51,733 nucleotides of DNA from a virus. The DNA is taken from the UHGV virus genome UHGV-0405561; one strand, 5' to 3'. A program made the translations under genes and the position numbers. Shown here piece by piece: positions 27,517 to 39,169 of this stretch; position 1 is the first letter of the stretch, and the number at the start of each line of letters is the position of its first letter. The notes beneath the pieces are model-generated. The model was not told the origin of the DNA. It saw only the letters and a list, made by a program, of their open reading frames with translations, and did no database searches.

Positions 27517-27533
27517 GAACCTTGTTCACGGTG
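27517..27533 (+). promoter_or_regulatory. late-operon motif, copy 4
   Basis: cagGAACCTTGTTCACGGTGtc; 48 nt upstream of the endolysin ATG. Confidence 0.6.
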
Positions 27534-27581
27534 TCGCCTCCTGCCCTCCTGTGCGAGGGTGGGCGCAGGAGGAGGATTTAT

Positions 27582-28103
27582 ATGAAGATCAGATACCGCA
27601 AGGTTCCCGGTAAAATCGTCGCAAGCGCGGCGCTCGTGGCTCTTCTCGGTGCCGGAGCCGCCACCCTGTCCGTCGATATGATCGCGGATTTTGAAGGCTA
27701 CGTGCCCGAAGCCTATCAGGACCCGGTCGGTATTTGGACCAAGTGCTTCGGCGATACCGAAGACGTCGTCCCCGGCGCAACGTATACGTTCGGTCAGTGC
27801 GTCGATTCCCTGAATGCCGCCGTGTACGCCCATGCCGAACCGGTCATGCGGTGCGTGCCGGGACTTGCCGATCAGCCGTACAAGGTCAAGGCCGCCTTCG
27901 TTTCGATGGCCTACAATATCGGGACGCACGGGTTCTGCACATCCTCTGTCGCCCGGTACGCCAACGCGGGGGATTGGGAGCGCGCCTGCCGACGTATGGC
28001 CGAGATATACAAGACGGCCAAGGGAAAGGAACTTCCCGGACTCGCCCGGCGGCGTCAGGCCGAGTCCGGGCTTTGCCTTCAAGGGCTGAGGGAGGGCAGG
28101 TGA
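27582..28103 (+). CDS. SAR-type endolysin (GH24 phage lysozyme)
   Basis: Phage_lysozyme pattern (EGYVPEAYQDPVGIWTKCFGDTE...FVSMAYNIGTHGF) and an N-terminal weakly hydrophobic signal-anchor (KIVASAALVALLGAGAATLSV). RBS AGGAGGAGGA. Confidence 0.85.
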   Translation: MKIRYRKVPGKIVASAALVALLGAGAATLSVDMIADFEGYVPEAYQDPVGIWTKCFGDTEDVVPGATYTFGQCVDSLNAAVYAHAEPVMRCVPGLADQPYKVKAAFVSMAYNIGTHGFCTSSVARYANAGDWERACRRMAEIYKTAKGKELPGLARRRQAESGLCLQGLREGR

Positions 28104-28408
28104 TGTTCTCTTTCCTCGCCAAACTTCTCCCTTTTTTCAAGCCGCTGGCCGAACGCTTTTTCACCGACGGCGCAAGGCGCGCCGAGCTGGAAGCCGAAAA
28201 GGAGCTGGCCGAAGCCAGAGCGTTCGCATCTGGAAGGATCAGCCCGAAGTACCTGCTCAAGTACGTGCTTGTCGTCGCCTTCGCCGTTTTCGCCGCCGTG
28301 ACCCTCCTCCATTTTTTCTTCCCGCAGTCCTTCGCCGTATCTCCGCTTGCGGAATTGAAGGACCTCATTGACGTGGCTGCGGAAATCTTCGGCATGGGGA
28401 GTTTTTGA
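28103..28408 (+). CDS. putative holin / lysis membrane protein
   Basis: ATGTTCTCTTTCCTCGCC start overlapping the endolysin stop. TM helix VLVVAFAVFAAVTLLHFFF. Confidence 0.45.
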   Translation: MFSFLAKLLPFFKPLAERFFTDGARRAELEAEKELAEARAFASGRISPKYLLKYVLVVAFAVFAAVTLLHFFFPQSFAVSPLAELKDLIDVAAEIFGMGSF

Positions 28409-28680
28409 TGGAACAGACGCTGGATCACGAATCCCGGCTTTCCCGCATCGAGGCCCTGCTTGAAGCGCTCAACAAGCGACTTGACGACGCGATTCTCACC
28501 CAGCTTCGCGATCACGGGAAGCACATTCGGGAGCTTGAGGACCATATTTCGGTCATGGCCGAGACGTGCGCACGGGAGCGTGGGCAGCAGGCCGGAAGCC
28601 GGGCCACGCTGGTGTTCGTCATGACCGTCATTTCCAGCTTGGGCGGCTGCATTGGGGCCGTCGTGGGACGGTTGTTCTAA
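28405..28680 (+). CDS. lysis-cassette protein with coiled coil and C-terminal TM
   Basis: 91 aa. LVFVMTVISSLGGCIGAVVGRLF. Confidence 0.4.
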   Translation: MMEQTLDHESRLSRIEALLEALNKRLDDAILTQLRDHGKHIRELEDHISVMAETCARERGQQAGSRATLVFVMTVISSLGGCIGAVVGRLF

Positions 28681-28681
28681 G

Positions 28682-29227
28682 ATGTCGTCACGTTATGACT
28701 GGGAAACCATCCGGGCGGAGTACGAGACCGGGGCAAGCCAGTCCGAACTCTCCAAAAGGCATGGCGTAAGCCGGAAGGCCATCCAGAAACATATTACGGC
28801 GGAAGGCTGGACGCAGGACGTTTCCGGAGCGGTCAATCGCATGACGGAAGCGAAAGTCGCGGGGGTGGTCGCAGGGTGCGACCCTCAAAAAAAGGCCGAA
28901 GCCCTGAACCGTGCCGCCGAAGCCAAGGCCGCCGTCATCATGCGCCATAAGGCTGAGTGGGACCGGCACCAATCGCTTATTGACGAGGCGTTGGGCGACG
29001 GAGACTTCGAGAAGGCCAAACTCGCCAAGATCACCGCCGAGACGATCAAGATCAGGCAGGAATGTGAGCGTAAGGTGTGGGGCATCGTGGACAAGGCCGC
29101 GGTGGATCATACGTCGTCCGACGGGTCCATGTCTCCGCGCCCAGTCGAGCTCTCTCGTCTTTCCCCGGATGAGCTGCTCCGGCTGACGCGGGAGGCGTTC
29201 AGGGAGACGGGGCGGGATGGCGGGTGA
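28682..29227 (+). CDS. terminase small subunit
   Basis: N-terminal HTH (ASQSELSKRHGVSRKAIQKHI). Directly upstream of the large subunit. Confidence 0.55.
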   Translation: MSSRYDWETIRAEYETGASQSELSKRHGVSRKAIQKHITAEGWTQDVSGAVNRMTEAKVAGVVAGCDPQKKAEALNRAAEAKAAVIMRHKAEWDRHQSLIDEALGDGDFEKAKLAKITAETIKIRQECERKVWGIVDKAAVDHTSSDGSMSPRPVELSRLSPDELLRLTREAFRETGRDGG

Positions 29228-30686
29228 AGTGCTTGCGGAAATCCGCCGCGCGCTGGCCCGGAGCTGCCTCGCGGCCTTCGTGCGCTACACCATGCCCGGC
29301 TACCGCATGGGCTGGGTGCATGAGGAAATCTGTTCCGAGCTTGACGCCTTTCTCGCCGCCGTTGTGGCCGGGCGTTCCCCGCGCCTCATGCTGACGATGC
29401 CGCCTCGGCACGGGAAAAGCGAGTTGGCCTCCCGTCGTTTCCCGGCCTACGCCTTGGGCCGCTATCCCGATCTTTCCATCATTTCCACGAGCTACGCCGC
29501 CGACCTGTCCTCACGCATGAACCGCGACGTTCAGCGCGTCATCGACGGTACCGAGTACCGTGAGCTCTTCCCGGGGACAGCCCTCTACGGCAAGAACATC
29601 CGCACCGTGGGGAACGGGTCCTACCTCCGCAACTCGGACATATTCGAGGTGGTGGGGCACGGCGGTTGCTACAGGTCTGCTGGCGTGGGCGGCGGCATCA
29701 CCGGCATGGGCGGTCATATCGTCATTGTCGATGACCCGTTCAAGGACCGGGCGTCCGCCGATTCCCCGACCATCCGCCAGAACGTCTGGGACTGGTACAC
29801 CTCCACCCTGTACACGCGCCTCGCTCCGGGCGGGGGCATTCTCGTCATCAATACCCGCTGGCACATGGCCGACCTTTCCGGGCGGCTGCTCGAAGCGGCG
29901 GCGCGGGGGGAGGGCGACCACTGGCGCGTGGTGAACTTCCCCGCAATCGCCACGGAGGACGAGCCCCACCGCAAGGCCGGGGAAGCCCTCCACCCGGAAC
30001 GCTATCCGTTGGAGCAGCTCCTCGCCATCAAGAAAGCCCTCGGTACTCGCGACTGGGAGGCCCTGTACCAGCAACGGCCGACGCCAGACGGGGGAAATGT
30101 CTTCAAGGCCGAATGGCTGCGCTTTTGGTTCCCGAAAGACCTTCCGGAAACGTTCGATCAGCTCGTCATCTCATGGGACATGACGTTCAAGGAAGGCGAC
30201 GACACGGACTTTGTCGTGGGGCAGGTGTGGGGCCGCAAGGGCGCCGACCGGTACCTCCTCGATCAGGTTCGGCGACGCATGGGTTTTACGGACACGGTCG
30301 CCGCGTTCCGGGCGCTCGCCGCCAAATGGCCCGGCGCAGCCCGCAAGCTGGTGGAGGACAAGGCCAACGGCCCGGCGGTCATCGACGCGCTGAAACACGC
30401 CGTGCCCGGCATCATCCCCGTGGAGCCGGACGGCAGCAAGACCGCCCGCGCCCATGCCGTGACCACGTTCTTCGAGGCCGGAAACGTCCTGCTCCCGCAC
30501 CCGGAGCATTGCCCGTGGGCGAGGGAGTACGTCGCGGAACTGACGCAGTTCCCCGGTGCGCCTCATGATGACCAAGTGGACGCCACCACGCAGGCCCTCC
30601 GCGATTTCGACGTGAAGCGGCCCATGTGCATCAATCCCGCCATCCTCCGACCGCGTATGGGGGTGAGAGGACTTGGGGGGATTTGA
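29217..30686 (+). CDS. terminase large subunit
   Basis: 489 aa. Walker-A-like region (LMLTMPPRHGKSELAS) and a C-terminal RNaseH-like nuclease region. Typical position. Confidence 0.85.
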   Translation: MAGEVLAEIRRALARSCLAAFVRYTMPGYRMGWVHEEICSELDAFLAAVVAGRSPRLMLTMPPRHGKSELASRRFPAYALGRYPDLSIISTSYAADLSSRMNRDVQRVIDGTEYRELFPGTALYGKNIRTVGNGSYLRNSDIFEVVGHGGCYRSAGVGGGITGMGGHIVIVDDPFKDRASADSPTIRQNVWDWYTSTLYTRLAPGGGILVINTRWHMADLSGRLLEAAARGEGDHWRVVNFPAIATEDEPHRKAGEALHPERYPLEQLLAIKKALGTRDWEALYQQRPTPDGGNVFKAEWLRFWFPKDLPETFDQLVISWDMTFKEGDDTDFVVGQVWGRKGADRYLLDQVRRRMGFTDTVAAFRALAAKWPGAARKLVEDKANGPAVIDALKHAVPGIIPVEPDGSKTARAHAVTTFFEAGNVLLPHPEHCPWAREYVAELTQFPGAPHDDQVDATTQALRDFDVKRPMCINPAILRPRMGVRGLGGI

Positions 30687-30703
30687 ACCATTGCCTGATG
30701 TTC

Positions 30704-30733
30704 AAAAGGCGGTCGTTGTGGCCGCCTTTTTCG
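30704..30733. terminator. bidirectional terminator
   Basis: aaaaggcggtcgttgtggccgcctttttcg, between the convergent terminase and lipoprotein genes. Confidence 0.7.
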
Positions 30734-30736
30734 TAC

Positions 30737-31363
30737 CTACTGATTAGCCTGTTCGAGTTCCCTCTGTGCAGCAGTCTTGCCATCAGGAGTTGTATCGGTT
30801 GCAGCCTTGCAGAATGGGTCTAAGTTACCATCTGTAAATAATTTCTTAGCTTCTTTACAGGTAATCCAGTTAGGATTTTTCCCCAACAGATTGTCTAAAC
30901 GAGCGAAGAAAAGTTGATATATGGCAGGGGAGGTGGTCATGTTCGTCATCGGGCCTGTCCCTGCGGTAACTCCCACGCCACCAAAAAATTCAGATGACAG
31001 GTCGATACTGGCTTGTTCTTGTCCACTATGCATGGCAACCACTTTGGTACCATTTTTCACATAGAAAAATTGAACAACCCAAGTCTCTGTAGCCCTAGCC
31101 GCATCTATGACCGAACGCCTCTGAGCCTGTAAAGAGAGCCCTTCATAATAAATAATATAGTTATCATCGGCAAGGCGGAAAACCATATCCGCAGAATGCA
31201 ACACCTCATCCGGTGTCTTTCCTTCGTATATACGAGTAGTCATTTGAATTTGCCGTTCTCTTTCGGCGGCTATTTCCTCTGGGGTTAATGGCTTTTGGGT
31301 GGCACACCCGACCATCCCGAAACACATCCCCGCCACAACCAGCGTCAATAAAAATTTTTTCAT
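30737..31363 (-). CDS. lipoprotein (moron, opposite strand, lower GC)
   Basis: Lipobox LTLVVAGMCFGMVGC. 208 aa, AT-richer than the flanking head genes. Confidence 0.7.
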   Translation of the reverse strand: MKKFLLTLVVAGMCFGMVGCATQKPLTPEEIAAERERQIQMTTRIYEGKTPDEVLHSADMVFRLADDNYIIYYEGLSLQAQRRSVIDAARATETWVVQFFYVKNGTKVVAMHSGQEQASIDLSSEFFGGVGVTAGTGPMTNMTTSPAIYQLFFARLDNLLGKNPNWITCKEAKKLFTDGNLDPFCKAATDTTPDGKTAAQRELEQANQ

Positions 31364-31584
31364 AACTCCTCCTGTCGATTCCGAACCATACCGGGGTTAG
31401 AAAGTCAACAGGTTGTTTTATCGACGCGCTGGCGTCTCAATCATATGATGCCTACAACTGGATCGATGAGGGGTTGCAGCGTATGAGGCTGGCAATCATC
31501 GTCGCACGGGCGGCAAACAGGACGATTGCAGAAGCGAACGAGCAAACAGGGCCCCAGAAACGGGGGCTTTTCTTTTGCCTGCAC

Positions 31585-31601
31585 GAACCTTGTTCACGGT
31601 G
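31585..31601 (+). promoter_or_regulatory. late-operon motif, copy 5
   Basis: cacGAACCTTGTTCACGGTGttt; 33 nt upstream of the portal ATG, preceded by a hairpin and T-run at 31548-31580. Confidence 0.6.
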
Positions 31602-31634
31602 TTTTTCCTTCTTCGCTCGTAGCATGATGCTCCC

Positions 31635-33896
31635 ATGAGCAAGAAGCGCACTTATCGACATGCCACCTCCATACCTCCGCAAGCGCAGCCGTCGCGCCGT
31701 CTGAATCTCTCCCCGGACGTGCGCGGCGGCCTTGCTCAGCCTTTGCCGCCTACGCCCGACGACATCAGCAGGCTGTACGGTCCGGCGAAGACGCTCGGCG
31801 CGCCCGAAGAGGTGCAGCTTGCGATGGACGCACGGCTTGCGGACTCCGGCGTCTATTCCCTGCTCCAGCATTCCCTTGAGCTCGGAGTCGGGATTGCCCC
31901 TCAGTTCATGGGATACGGCGTCCTCCAGAATCTTGCCCAGAACGGATTGATCCGTGCCTGCGTCGAGACGGTATCCGACGACATGACCCGCGAGTGGATT
32001 GAGTTCAAGCGCGAAGGGGAGGGCGATGATGACGCCCTGCTTACCGACCTCGCACAGGCTTGCAAGAGATTGGGGCTCCAGCGTCTTTTCCACGAAGCGA
32101 CGGAGCTTGTGGGGTACGAGGGCGGGGCCCTCCTCTTCATCGACACCGGGGCCATCGGGCAAGAGCTGGAGCGCCCGCTGAACATCAGCCCGTACTCGGC
32201 GGAACTGAAACCCGGCGGACTCCTGCGCTTCGTCGTCATCGACCCGGTGAACGTTTTCCCCGGCGACTACAACAGTCTTTCGCCGCTTGAGCCGGACTAC
32301 TTCCGTCCGCGCTGGTGGTGGGTGCTTGGGCAGCGTGTGCACGCCTCGCGCCTCATCCGATTGGTTGCGAACGAATGCCCGGTGCTGCTGCGGCCCGCCT
32401 ACAATTTTTTGGGCATCCCGCAGGCGCAGATACTCTGGGACTATGTGCTGCACTTTCAGGAGTGCCGCGCCGCAGAAGCCCGGTTGTTGACGAAGTTTTC
32501 GTTAACCGTCTTCAAGACGAAGATGGACGACATTCTTTTCGCCTCAGGCGGTACGGCCCATCTCGATACCCGCATCCGGTACATGATCCAGTCCATGACG
32601 AACGACGGCGTGCTTGCCGTGGACAAAGAGGCGGAAGAGGTGGTGAAGCTGGAAACGCCGCTTTCCGGCGTAACCGACATCGTGCGCCAGTCCCTCGAAA
32701 TCCTCGCCGCCCTGAACCGCACCCCGGCGGTCAAACTGCTCGGCATCAGCCCGTCCGGGTTCAATGCCACGGGCGAATCGGACATCCGCAACTATTACGA
32801 CCATATCACGAGCCAGCAGGAGAAAGTCCTGCGCGACGGCATCAAGAAGGCGCTCGACTGTATCCAGCTCCACCTGCGCGGAACCATCGACCCGTCCGTG
32901 ACGTTCGACTTCGCGCCCCTCGGCGGGGAGGACAGGGCGGCCCTTGCGACGCTCCAGAAGACCAAGGCCGACACCATCGCCGTCTACATGGATCGGGACA
33001 TCATCTCTCAGGAAGAAGCCCGGCAGTCCCTTGCCAGTGACCCGGACAGCGGTTTCTCCAACATAGACCCGGAGGAAGTGCCGCAGGGCAACGGAATGCC
33101 CGACGCTCTGCCGGAAGCCGGGGAAGGAGGCTTGATGCCCGACATCGACGACGTGGACAAGGCCGGGGCCGTCTACGACGCCGCGTGGGACGAGGATGTC
33201 TGGCGTACCGCCGAGAACGGGAAACGGTATCAGATCGACACTGAAACCGGCGAGATCAAGAAAGGGAATGTGGGGCAGCCCGTCGTCAACCGGGAGTCAC
33301 GTCCCGTGGAGTCCTCCAAGCCGGACACGGCCCGTTATGAGGCATTGGTGCGGGAACACGGCGGTGACCACAAGAAGGCTGCGCATGCTTATTTCCGCGA
33401 GAAATTGCAGGGGCGGCATGTCACCGCGCAGACGGATAATGGGCCGATAGAGGCGTGTTTTACCGGCGGCGGATGGGGTGAGCTGAAGAAGGGGATGAGG
33501 GATGATCCACTTAAGGCTGCATTGGTTCCGCATTTGCCGGATATCGTCGCCCATGGAACGTACAGCGTAGACACTCCGGCGCATAATCATCCAGACGTAA
33601 GAAAGTTCCACTCATACGCCAAGTCCATCCACACGGAGCAAGGGGATTTTGAGGCGATAGTCGATGTAGCGGAACGTCCGGAAAAGCAGCCGCAGCATCA
33701 GGTTTACAGCCTGACGCGAGAAGGAACGCGGGAGTACGAATACCGTAGACAAAAAGAGTCGGCGTTTTCCCCCGCGGCCCCCGGGCAAAACCGGGGCGCT
33801 AGAAAAACGCCGACTCATGGCAGCGATGCTGCTCTTGAGAAAAATATAGCTCCTTTCTTCGAGGTTGTAAATATTCGTTTCGCTAATGAGGAGTAG
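31635..33896 (+). CDS. portal protein with an approximately 270-aa C-terminal extension of unknown function
   Basis: The first 480 aa or so are portal-like. An acidic linker (PDIDDVDKAG) is followed by a distinct globular C-terminal region (HLPDIVAHGTYSVDTPAHNHPDVRKFHSYAKSIHTEQGDFEAIVDV). Confidence 0.75.
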   Translation: MSKKRTYRHATSIPPQAQPSRRLNLSPDVRGGLAQPLPPTPDDISRLYGPAKTLGAPEEVQLAMDARLADSGVYSLLQHSLELGVGIAPQFMGYGVLQNLAQNGLIRACVETVSDDMTREWIEFKREGEGDDDALLTDLAQACKRLGLQRLFHEATELVGYEGGALLFIDTGAIGQELERPLNISPYSAELKPGGLLRFVVIDPVNVFPGDYNSLSPLEPDYFRPRWWWVLGQRVHASRLIRLVANECPVLLRPAYNFLGIPQAQILWDYVLHFQECRAAEARLLTKFSLTVFKTKMDDILFASGGTAHLDTRIRYMIQSMTNDGVLAVDKEAEEVVKLETPLSGVTDIVRQSLEILAALNRTPAVKLLGISPSGFNATGESDIRNYYDHITSQQEKVLRDGIKKALDCIQLHLRGTIDPSVTFDFAPLGGEDRAALATLQKTKADTIAVYMDRDIISQEEARQSLASDPDSGFSNIDPEEVPQGNGMPDALPEAGEGGLMPDIDDVDKAGAVYDAAWDEDVWRTAENGKRYQIDTETGEIKKGNVGQPVVNRESRPVESSKPDTARYEALVREHGGDHKKAAHAYFREKLQGRHVTAQTDNGPIEACFTGGGWGELKKGMRDDPLKAALVPHLPDIVAHGTYSVDTPAHNHPDVRKFHSYAKSIHTEQGDFEAIVDVAERPEKQPQHQVYSLTREGTREYEYRRQKESAFSPAAPGQNRGARKTPTHGSDAALEKNIAPFFEVVNIRFANEE

Positions 33897-33898
33897 GC

Positions 33899-34285
33899 AT
33901 GGCGCGTACAGCACTGAAATTGGGCAGCGGTACCCACATGAGTTTCGGCGGTTCAAGCATCACGGTCATCCAAGAGCCGGGCATCTTCATTCCCTACGAT
34001 CCCAATGGGGGGCAGGCTATGGATGAACTCAACCGTTTCCTTGTCCGGTATGGGTATTGTCCCCCCGGAGAAGGCATTCCAGATGAAATTCTAGGTCTGC
34101 GTCCGGAGGATTCAGCCATAGCCCATACTCTGAGGACATGGATGAAACAAGACAACAACAATCTCGACGACCAAGAGCTTGAAGAAAAGTTTCGCGAACG
34201 CATCCGGCATTTGGGCCCGATATTACGACGCATACGCCTTGAAAAAGAAACCGGACGCTTACCGGATCGTAGTGCCTGCGAATAG
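33899..34285 (+). CDS. hypothetical protein (128 aa) after the portal extension
   Basis: Lower-GC ORF with an A-rich start context. Possible immunity/partner of the portal C-terminal domain. Confidence 0.4.
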   Translation: MARTALKLGSGTHMSFGGSSITVIQEPGIFIPYDPNGGQAMDELNRFLVRYGYCPPGEGIPDEILGLRPEDSAIAHTLRTWMKQDNNNLDDQELEEKFRERIRHLGPILRRIRLEKETGRLPDRSACE

Positions 34286-34406
34286 CTTCCCTGTCGATCT
34301 CGTAACATTCCGGCGTGGTTTGCCATACTACAAGATAAACGCACATGGGGTTCCTCCTTTTGGGGCAGCACCGCACGGAACCGTAGGAATGTCAAGGTGG
34401 ATATGA

Positions 34407-35186
34407 ATGCCTAAAATCATCCGCGCCATCAAGCCCAACGCGGGCATCCGGGCGAAATACCGGAAGCGGCTGGTGTCCCTTCTCGACGAGATGCAGCGGT
34501 CCGTCATCTGGTGGCTGCGCGCGGAGTACAGGAAGCAGGAAACCCGCATAGCGCAGGATTCCCCGGCGAGTGACCTGCAAGACCGCCTCAAGCGCCTGTT
34601 TCGGTACTGGACGAGGCGGTGGAGGGAAAGCGCGGAGAGTTTCGCGCGGGAGTTCGTGGGCAGTACGCGGCGGCGCACGGAAGCCGGCATGAAGCAGGCC
34701 CTCAAAGATGCGGGCTTCACGGTGAGGATGGATAGGAGCAGGGCCATGAACGACGTGGCGCGGGCTCTTTTCGAGGAAAACGTCAACCTCATCAAGTCCA
34801 TTCCGCAGCACTATTTCACGGAAGTGACGGGGCTTGTACAGCGATCCGCCAGCATGGGCCGGGACGTGGCCTTTCTTACCGACGAACTGCACAAGCGGTA
34901 CGAGATCACCCGGCGCCGGGCCGAATTCATTGCCCGCGACCAGTCCAACAAGGCTACCGAGGCCCTTAAGCGCGTGCAGGATAAGGAGCTGGGCATCACC
35001 GAAGGCATCTGGGTGCATGTTCCGGGAAAGAAAACGAGCCGCCATACCCACCAGATGATGAACGGGGAAAAGTTCGTCATCGCGGAAGGGCTCTACGACT
35101 CTGACGTGAAGCGCAAGGTGCTTTGCGGCGAGCTTCCGGGGTGCCAATGTACGTATCGGGCCGTCATCCCTGAATTTGGAGACTAG
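34407..35186 (+). CDS. MuF-like head morphogenesis protein
   Basis: GIWVHVPGKKTSRHTHQMMNGEKF matches the Phage_Mu_F conserved core. Confidence 0.75.
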   Translation: MPKIIRAIKPNAGIRAKYRKRLVSLLDEMQRSVIWWLRAEYRKQETRIAQDSPASDLQDRLKRLFRYWTRRWRESAESFAREFVGSTRRRTEAGMKQALKDAGFTVRMDRSRAMNDVARALFEENVNLIKSIPQHYFTEVTGLVQRSASMGRDVAFLTDELHKRYEITRRRAEFIARDQSNKATEALKRVQDKELGITEGIWVHVPGKKTSRHTHQMMNGEKFVIAEGLYDSDVKRKVLCGELPGCQCTYRAVIPEFGD

Positions 35187-36902
<1,716 letters not shown>

Positions 36903-36912
36903 GAGGCACACC

Positions 36913-37548
36913 ATGCCTTTGCAGTCCCAAGTCAATCTCTCCGTCGCTCCCGGCGTCGCGGGCGACAAAGCGACGCCCGATCAGAGCGTCTACACCCCGC
37001 TCAACCCCCTGGCGGCGGTGGCCCTCCCTGTGGGGCGCTTCGTCTTCCCGGTCGAGGATTCCGGGGTGCTCGACAATACGCGGGCCACCAACGTCGCGGG
37101 CGCCGCCACAGCCGTGCTCGGCTTCGTTGAGCGCGTCATCAACTATGTGAACTATGAATTGCTTTCTGACGGCACCCTGACCGTCCCGGAAGGCTCGAAC
37201 CTCACCGTGGCCGTGAAGGGCGACTATTGGGCCGTTTCCACGACCAAGGCCGCGGTGGGGCAGGCCGTCCTTGCCTCCACCGCCGACGGTTCCATCAGCA
37301 CCGGGACCCCCGACGCCACGCATCTCGATACGGGGTGGGTCGTCAAGACTCCCGGCGAAATCGGGGAACCGATCATCATCAGCAATTGGGGGCAGGCCGC
37401 AGCGTCTGGTTCCGGCGGCGACACCTCGAGCCTGATGCAGAAAGATTTCAGCAACGCCACCGGCGCGCTCGGCGTGGCCAACGGCGGAACCGGCGCAACC
37501 ACTGCGGAACAGGCCCGCACCAACCTCGGCGCAGCCGCCGGAGCGTAG
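36913..37548 (+). CDS. head structural protein (decoration/cement candidate)
   Basis: 211 aa between the scaffold and the major capsid gene. RBS AGGAGG. Confidence 0.4.
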   Translation: MPLQSQVNLSVAPGVAGDKATPDQSVYTPLNPLAAVALPVGRFVFPVEDSGVLDNTRATNVAGAATAVLGFVERVINYVNYELLSDGTLTVPEGSNLTVAVKGDYWAVSTTKAAVGQAVLASTADGSISTGTPDATHLDTGWVVKTPGEIGEPIIISNWGQAAASGSGGDTSSLMQKDFSNATGALGVANGGTGATTAEQARTNLGAAAGA

Positions 37549-37558
37549 GAGGTACTAC

Positions 37559-38572
37559 ATGAATCCGACTTTTGAACAGGCCAAGCGCTACGGCTTCATC
37601 TTCCCCAATGCGCGCATGTGGGCCACGCCCGAAAACCGCGCCCGCATCGCGCAGGACGCGGCGCTCATCACCACGCCGAACACGACCGTCCCCGCCGAGC
37701 TTCTGGCGTATATCGACCCGATGGTCATTGAAATCCTGACCGCACCCCGCCGCGCCCGCGAAATCTTCGGTGAAGAGAAAAAGGGCGACTGGACGACTCC
37801 GTATATGAAGTGGCGCGTGGACGAAATGACCGGAAAGACCGAGCCGTATTCCGACTACGCCAACGGCACGACTTCGGGCGTGAACTCCGAATGGCAGACC
37901 CGCGTGCAGTACGTCTTTCAGACCTCCATCACCTACGGCGACTTTGAAGTGGACATGTCGAGCACGGCGAAAGTCAACCTCGCGGCCTCCAAGCAGCGCG
38001 CGGCGGCCAACGTCATCGACATCGACCAGAATCGTTTCTACCTGCTCGGCGTCGCCGGGAAGGAAATCTACGGCATCCTGAACGACCCGAATCTCCCTGC
38101 GGCCATCACCGCAGGGGCCACGGGCACGGGCGGCTCCACGAAATGGGCCGACAAGACCACGGTGCAGATTTACAACGATGTCCTTGCGCTGTTCGCACAG
38201 CTCTCCGAGCAGTCCAGCGGCCTCATCGACAAGGATACCCCGCTGAAACTCTGCCTCTCCCCCGAACTGGCCGTTCGCCTCGGCGCGGCTACCGATTTCA
38301 ACGTGTCCGTGCTGGACATGCTGAAGCGGTACTTCACCCGCATCGACATCGTGACCGTCCCCGAACTGCACAGCATGACCGCCGGGGAAACCATGTTCCT
38401 CATCGCCCCCGAAGTGAACGGGCAGCGCTCCGGTACGCTGGCCTTCGGCGAAAAGATGCGCGCCGGCCGCGTCGTGCCCGACCTGTCCAGCTTCCGCCAG
38501 AAGTTCGTCGGCACCACCTACGGCGGCATCGTGCTCATGCCCTTCGCCTTCGCGCAGATGACCGGCATGTAA
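37559..38572 (+). CDS. major capsid protein
   Basis: 337 aa after the protease/scaffold and decoration genes. RBS AGGAGG. Most strongly SD-driven gene of the head operon. Confidence 0.65.
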   Translation: MNPTFEQAKRYGFIFPNARMWATPENRARIAQDAALITTPNTTVPAELLAYIDPMVIEILTAPRRAREIFGEEKKGDWTTPYMKWRVDEMTGKTEPYSDYANGTTSGVNSEWQTRVQYVFQTSITYGDFEVDMSSTAKVNLAASKQRAAANVIDIDQNRFYLLGVAGKEIYGILNDPNLPAAITAGATGTGGSTKWADKTTVQIYNDVLALFAQLSEQSSGLIDKDTPLKLCLSPELAVRLGAATDFNVSVLDMLKRYFTRIDIVTVPELHSMTAGETMFLIAPEVNGQRSGTLAFGEKMRAGRVVPDLSSFRQKFVGTTYGGIVLMPFAFAQMTGM

Positions 38573-38594
38573 AGCTGTTGCATTCCTCCATACG

Positions 38595-38633
38595 AAAGCC
38601 CCAACCGCCTGTTCAACGGTTGGGGCTTCTTTG
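38595..38633. terminator. bidirectional terminator
   Basis: aaagccccaaccgcctgttcaacggttggggcttctttg. Confidence 0.7.
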
Positions 38634-38651
38634 TACCTTTGGGGTATATAC

Positions 38652-38918
38652 TCAGTAATGATAGCGGCATTGGAGTACGATCAGGGCTTCGCTCTTTTCG
38701 TCCACCTTATAGACGAGCCGATCCTCCTGATTGATGCGTCGTGACCAGCATCCGGCAAGATCGAACCGGAGCGGTTCCGGCTTGCCCAGCCCTTCAAAAG
38801 GATTCCGCATGGCATCGCGCAACAATTCATTGATCCGTTTGACCGTGCGCTTGTCCGTATGCTGCCAGGAGAGGTAATCCTCCCACGCCTGCGGCGTCCA
38901 CGTGAGCAGCATGATCAA
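38652..38918 (-). CDS. yoeB: YoeB/Txe-family toxin
   Basis: TWTPQAWEDYLSWQHTDKRTVKRINELLRDAMRNPFEGLGKPEPLRFDLAGCWSRRINQEDRLVYKV...CRYHY is near-collinear with E. coli YoeB. Confidence 0.85.
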   Translation of the reverse strand: MIMLLTWTPQAWEDYLSWQHTDKRTVKRINELLRDAMRNPFEGLGKPEPLRFDLAGCWSRRINQEDRLVYKVDEKSEALIVLQCRYHY

Positions 38919-39169
38919 TCCTCCAGCTCATGCGGCATGGCCTTGCCCGCATCGGCGGCCTGTACCGCTTCCCTGAGCCGCGCGGCGTTGGCGGGCGAAC
39001 GGAGCAGATACGCCGTCTCCATGATGGCGTTGTAATCCTCAAGCGACATCATGACCACAGAGGGCGATTTTTGCCGGGTAATGATGACTGGCTCATGGTG
39101 ATCGCAGACACGGCTCATGGTTTCCGCAAGGTTTTGCCGGGCTTCGGAGTAGGTGATGGCCTGTGACAT
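38915..39169 (-). CDS. yefM: YefM/Phd-family antitoxin
   Basis: MSQAITYSEARQNLAETMSRVCDHHEPVIITRQ...SLEDYNAIMETAYLLRSPANA. Overlaps the yoeB start by 4 nt. Confidence 0.85.
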   Translation of the reverse strand: MSQAITYSEARQNLAETMSRVCDHHEPVIITRQKSPSVVMMSLEDYNAIMETAYLLRSPANAARLREAVQAADAGKAMPHELED

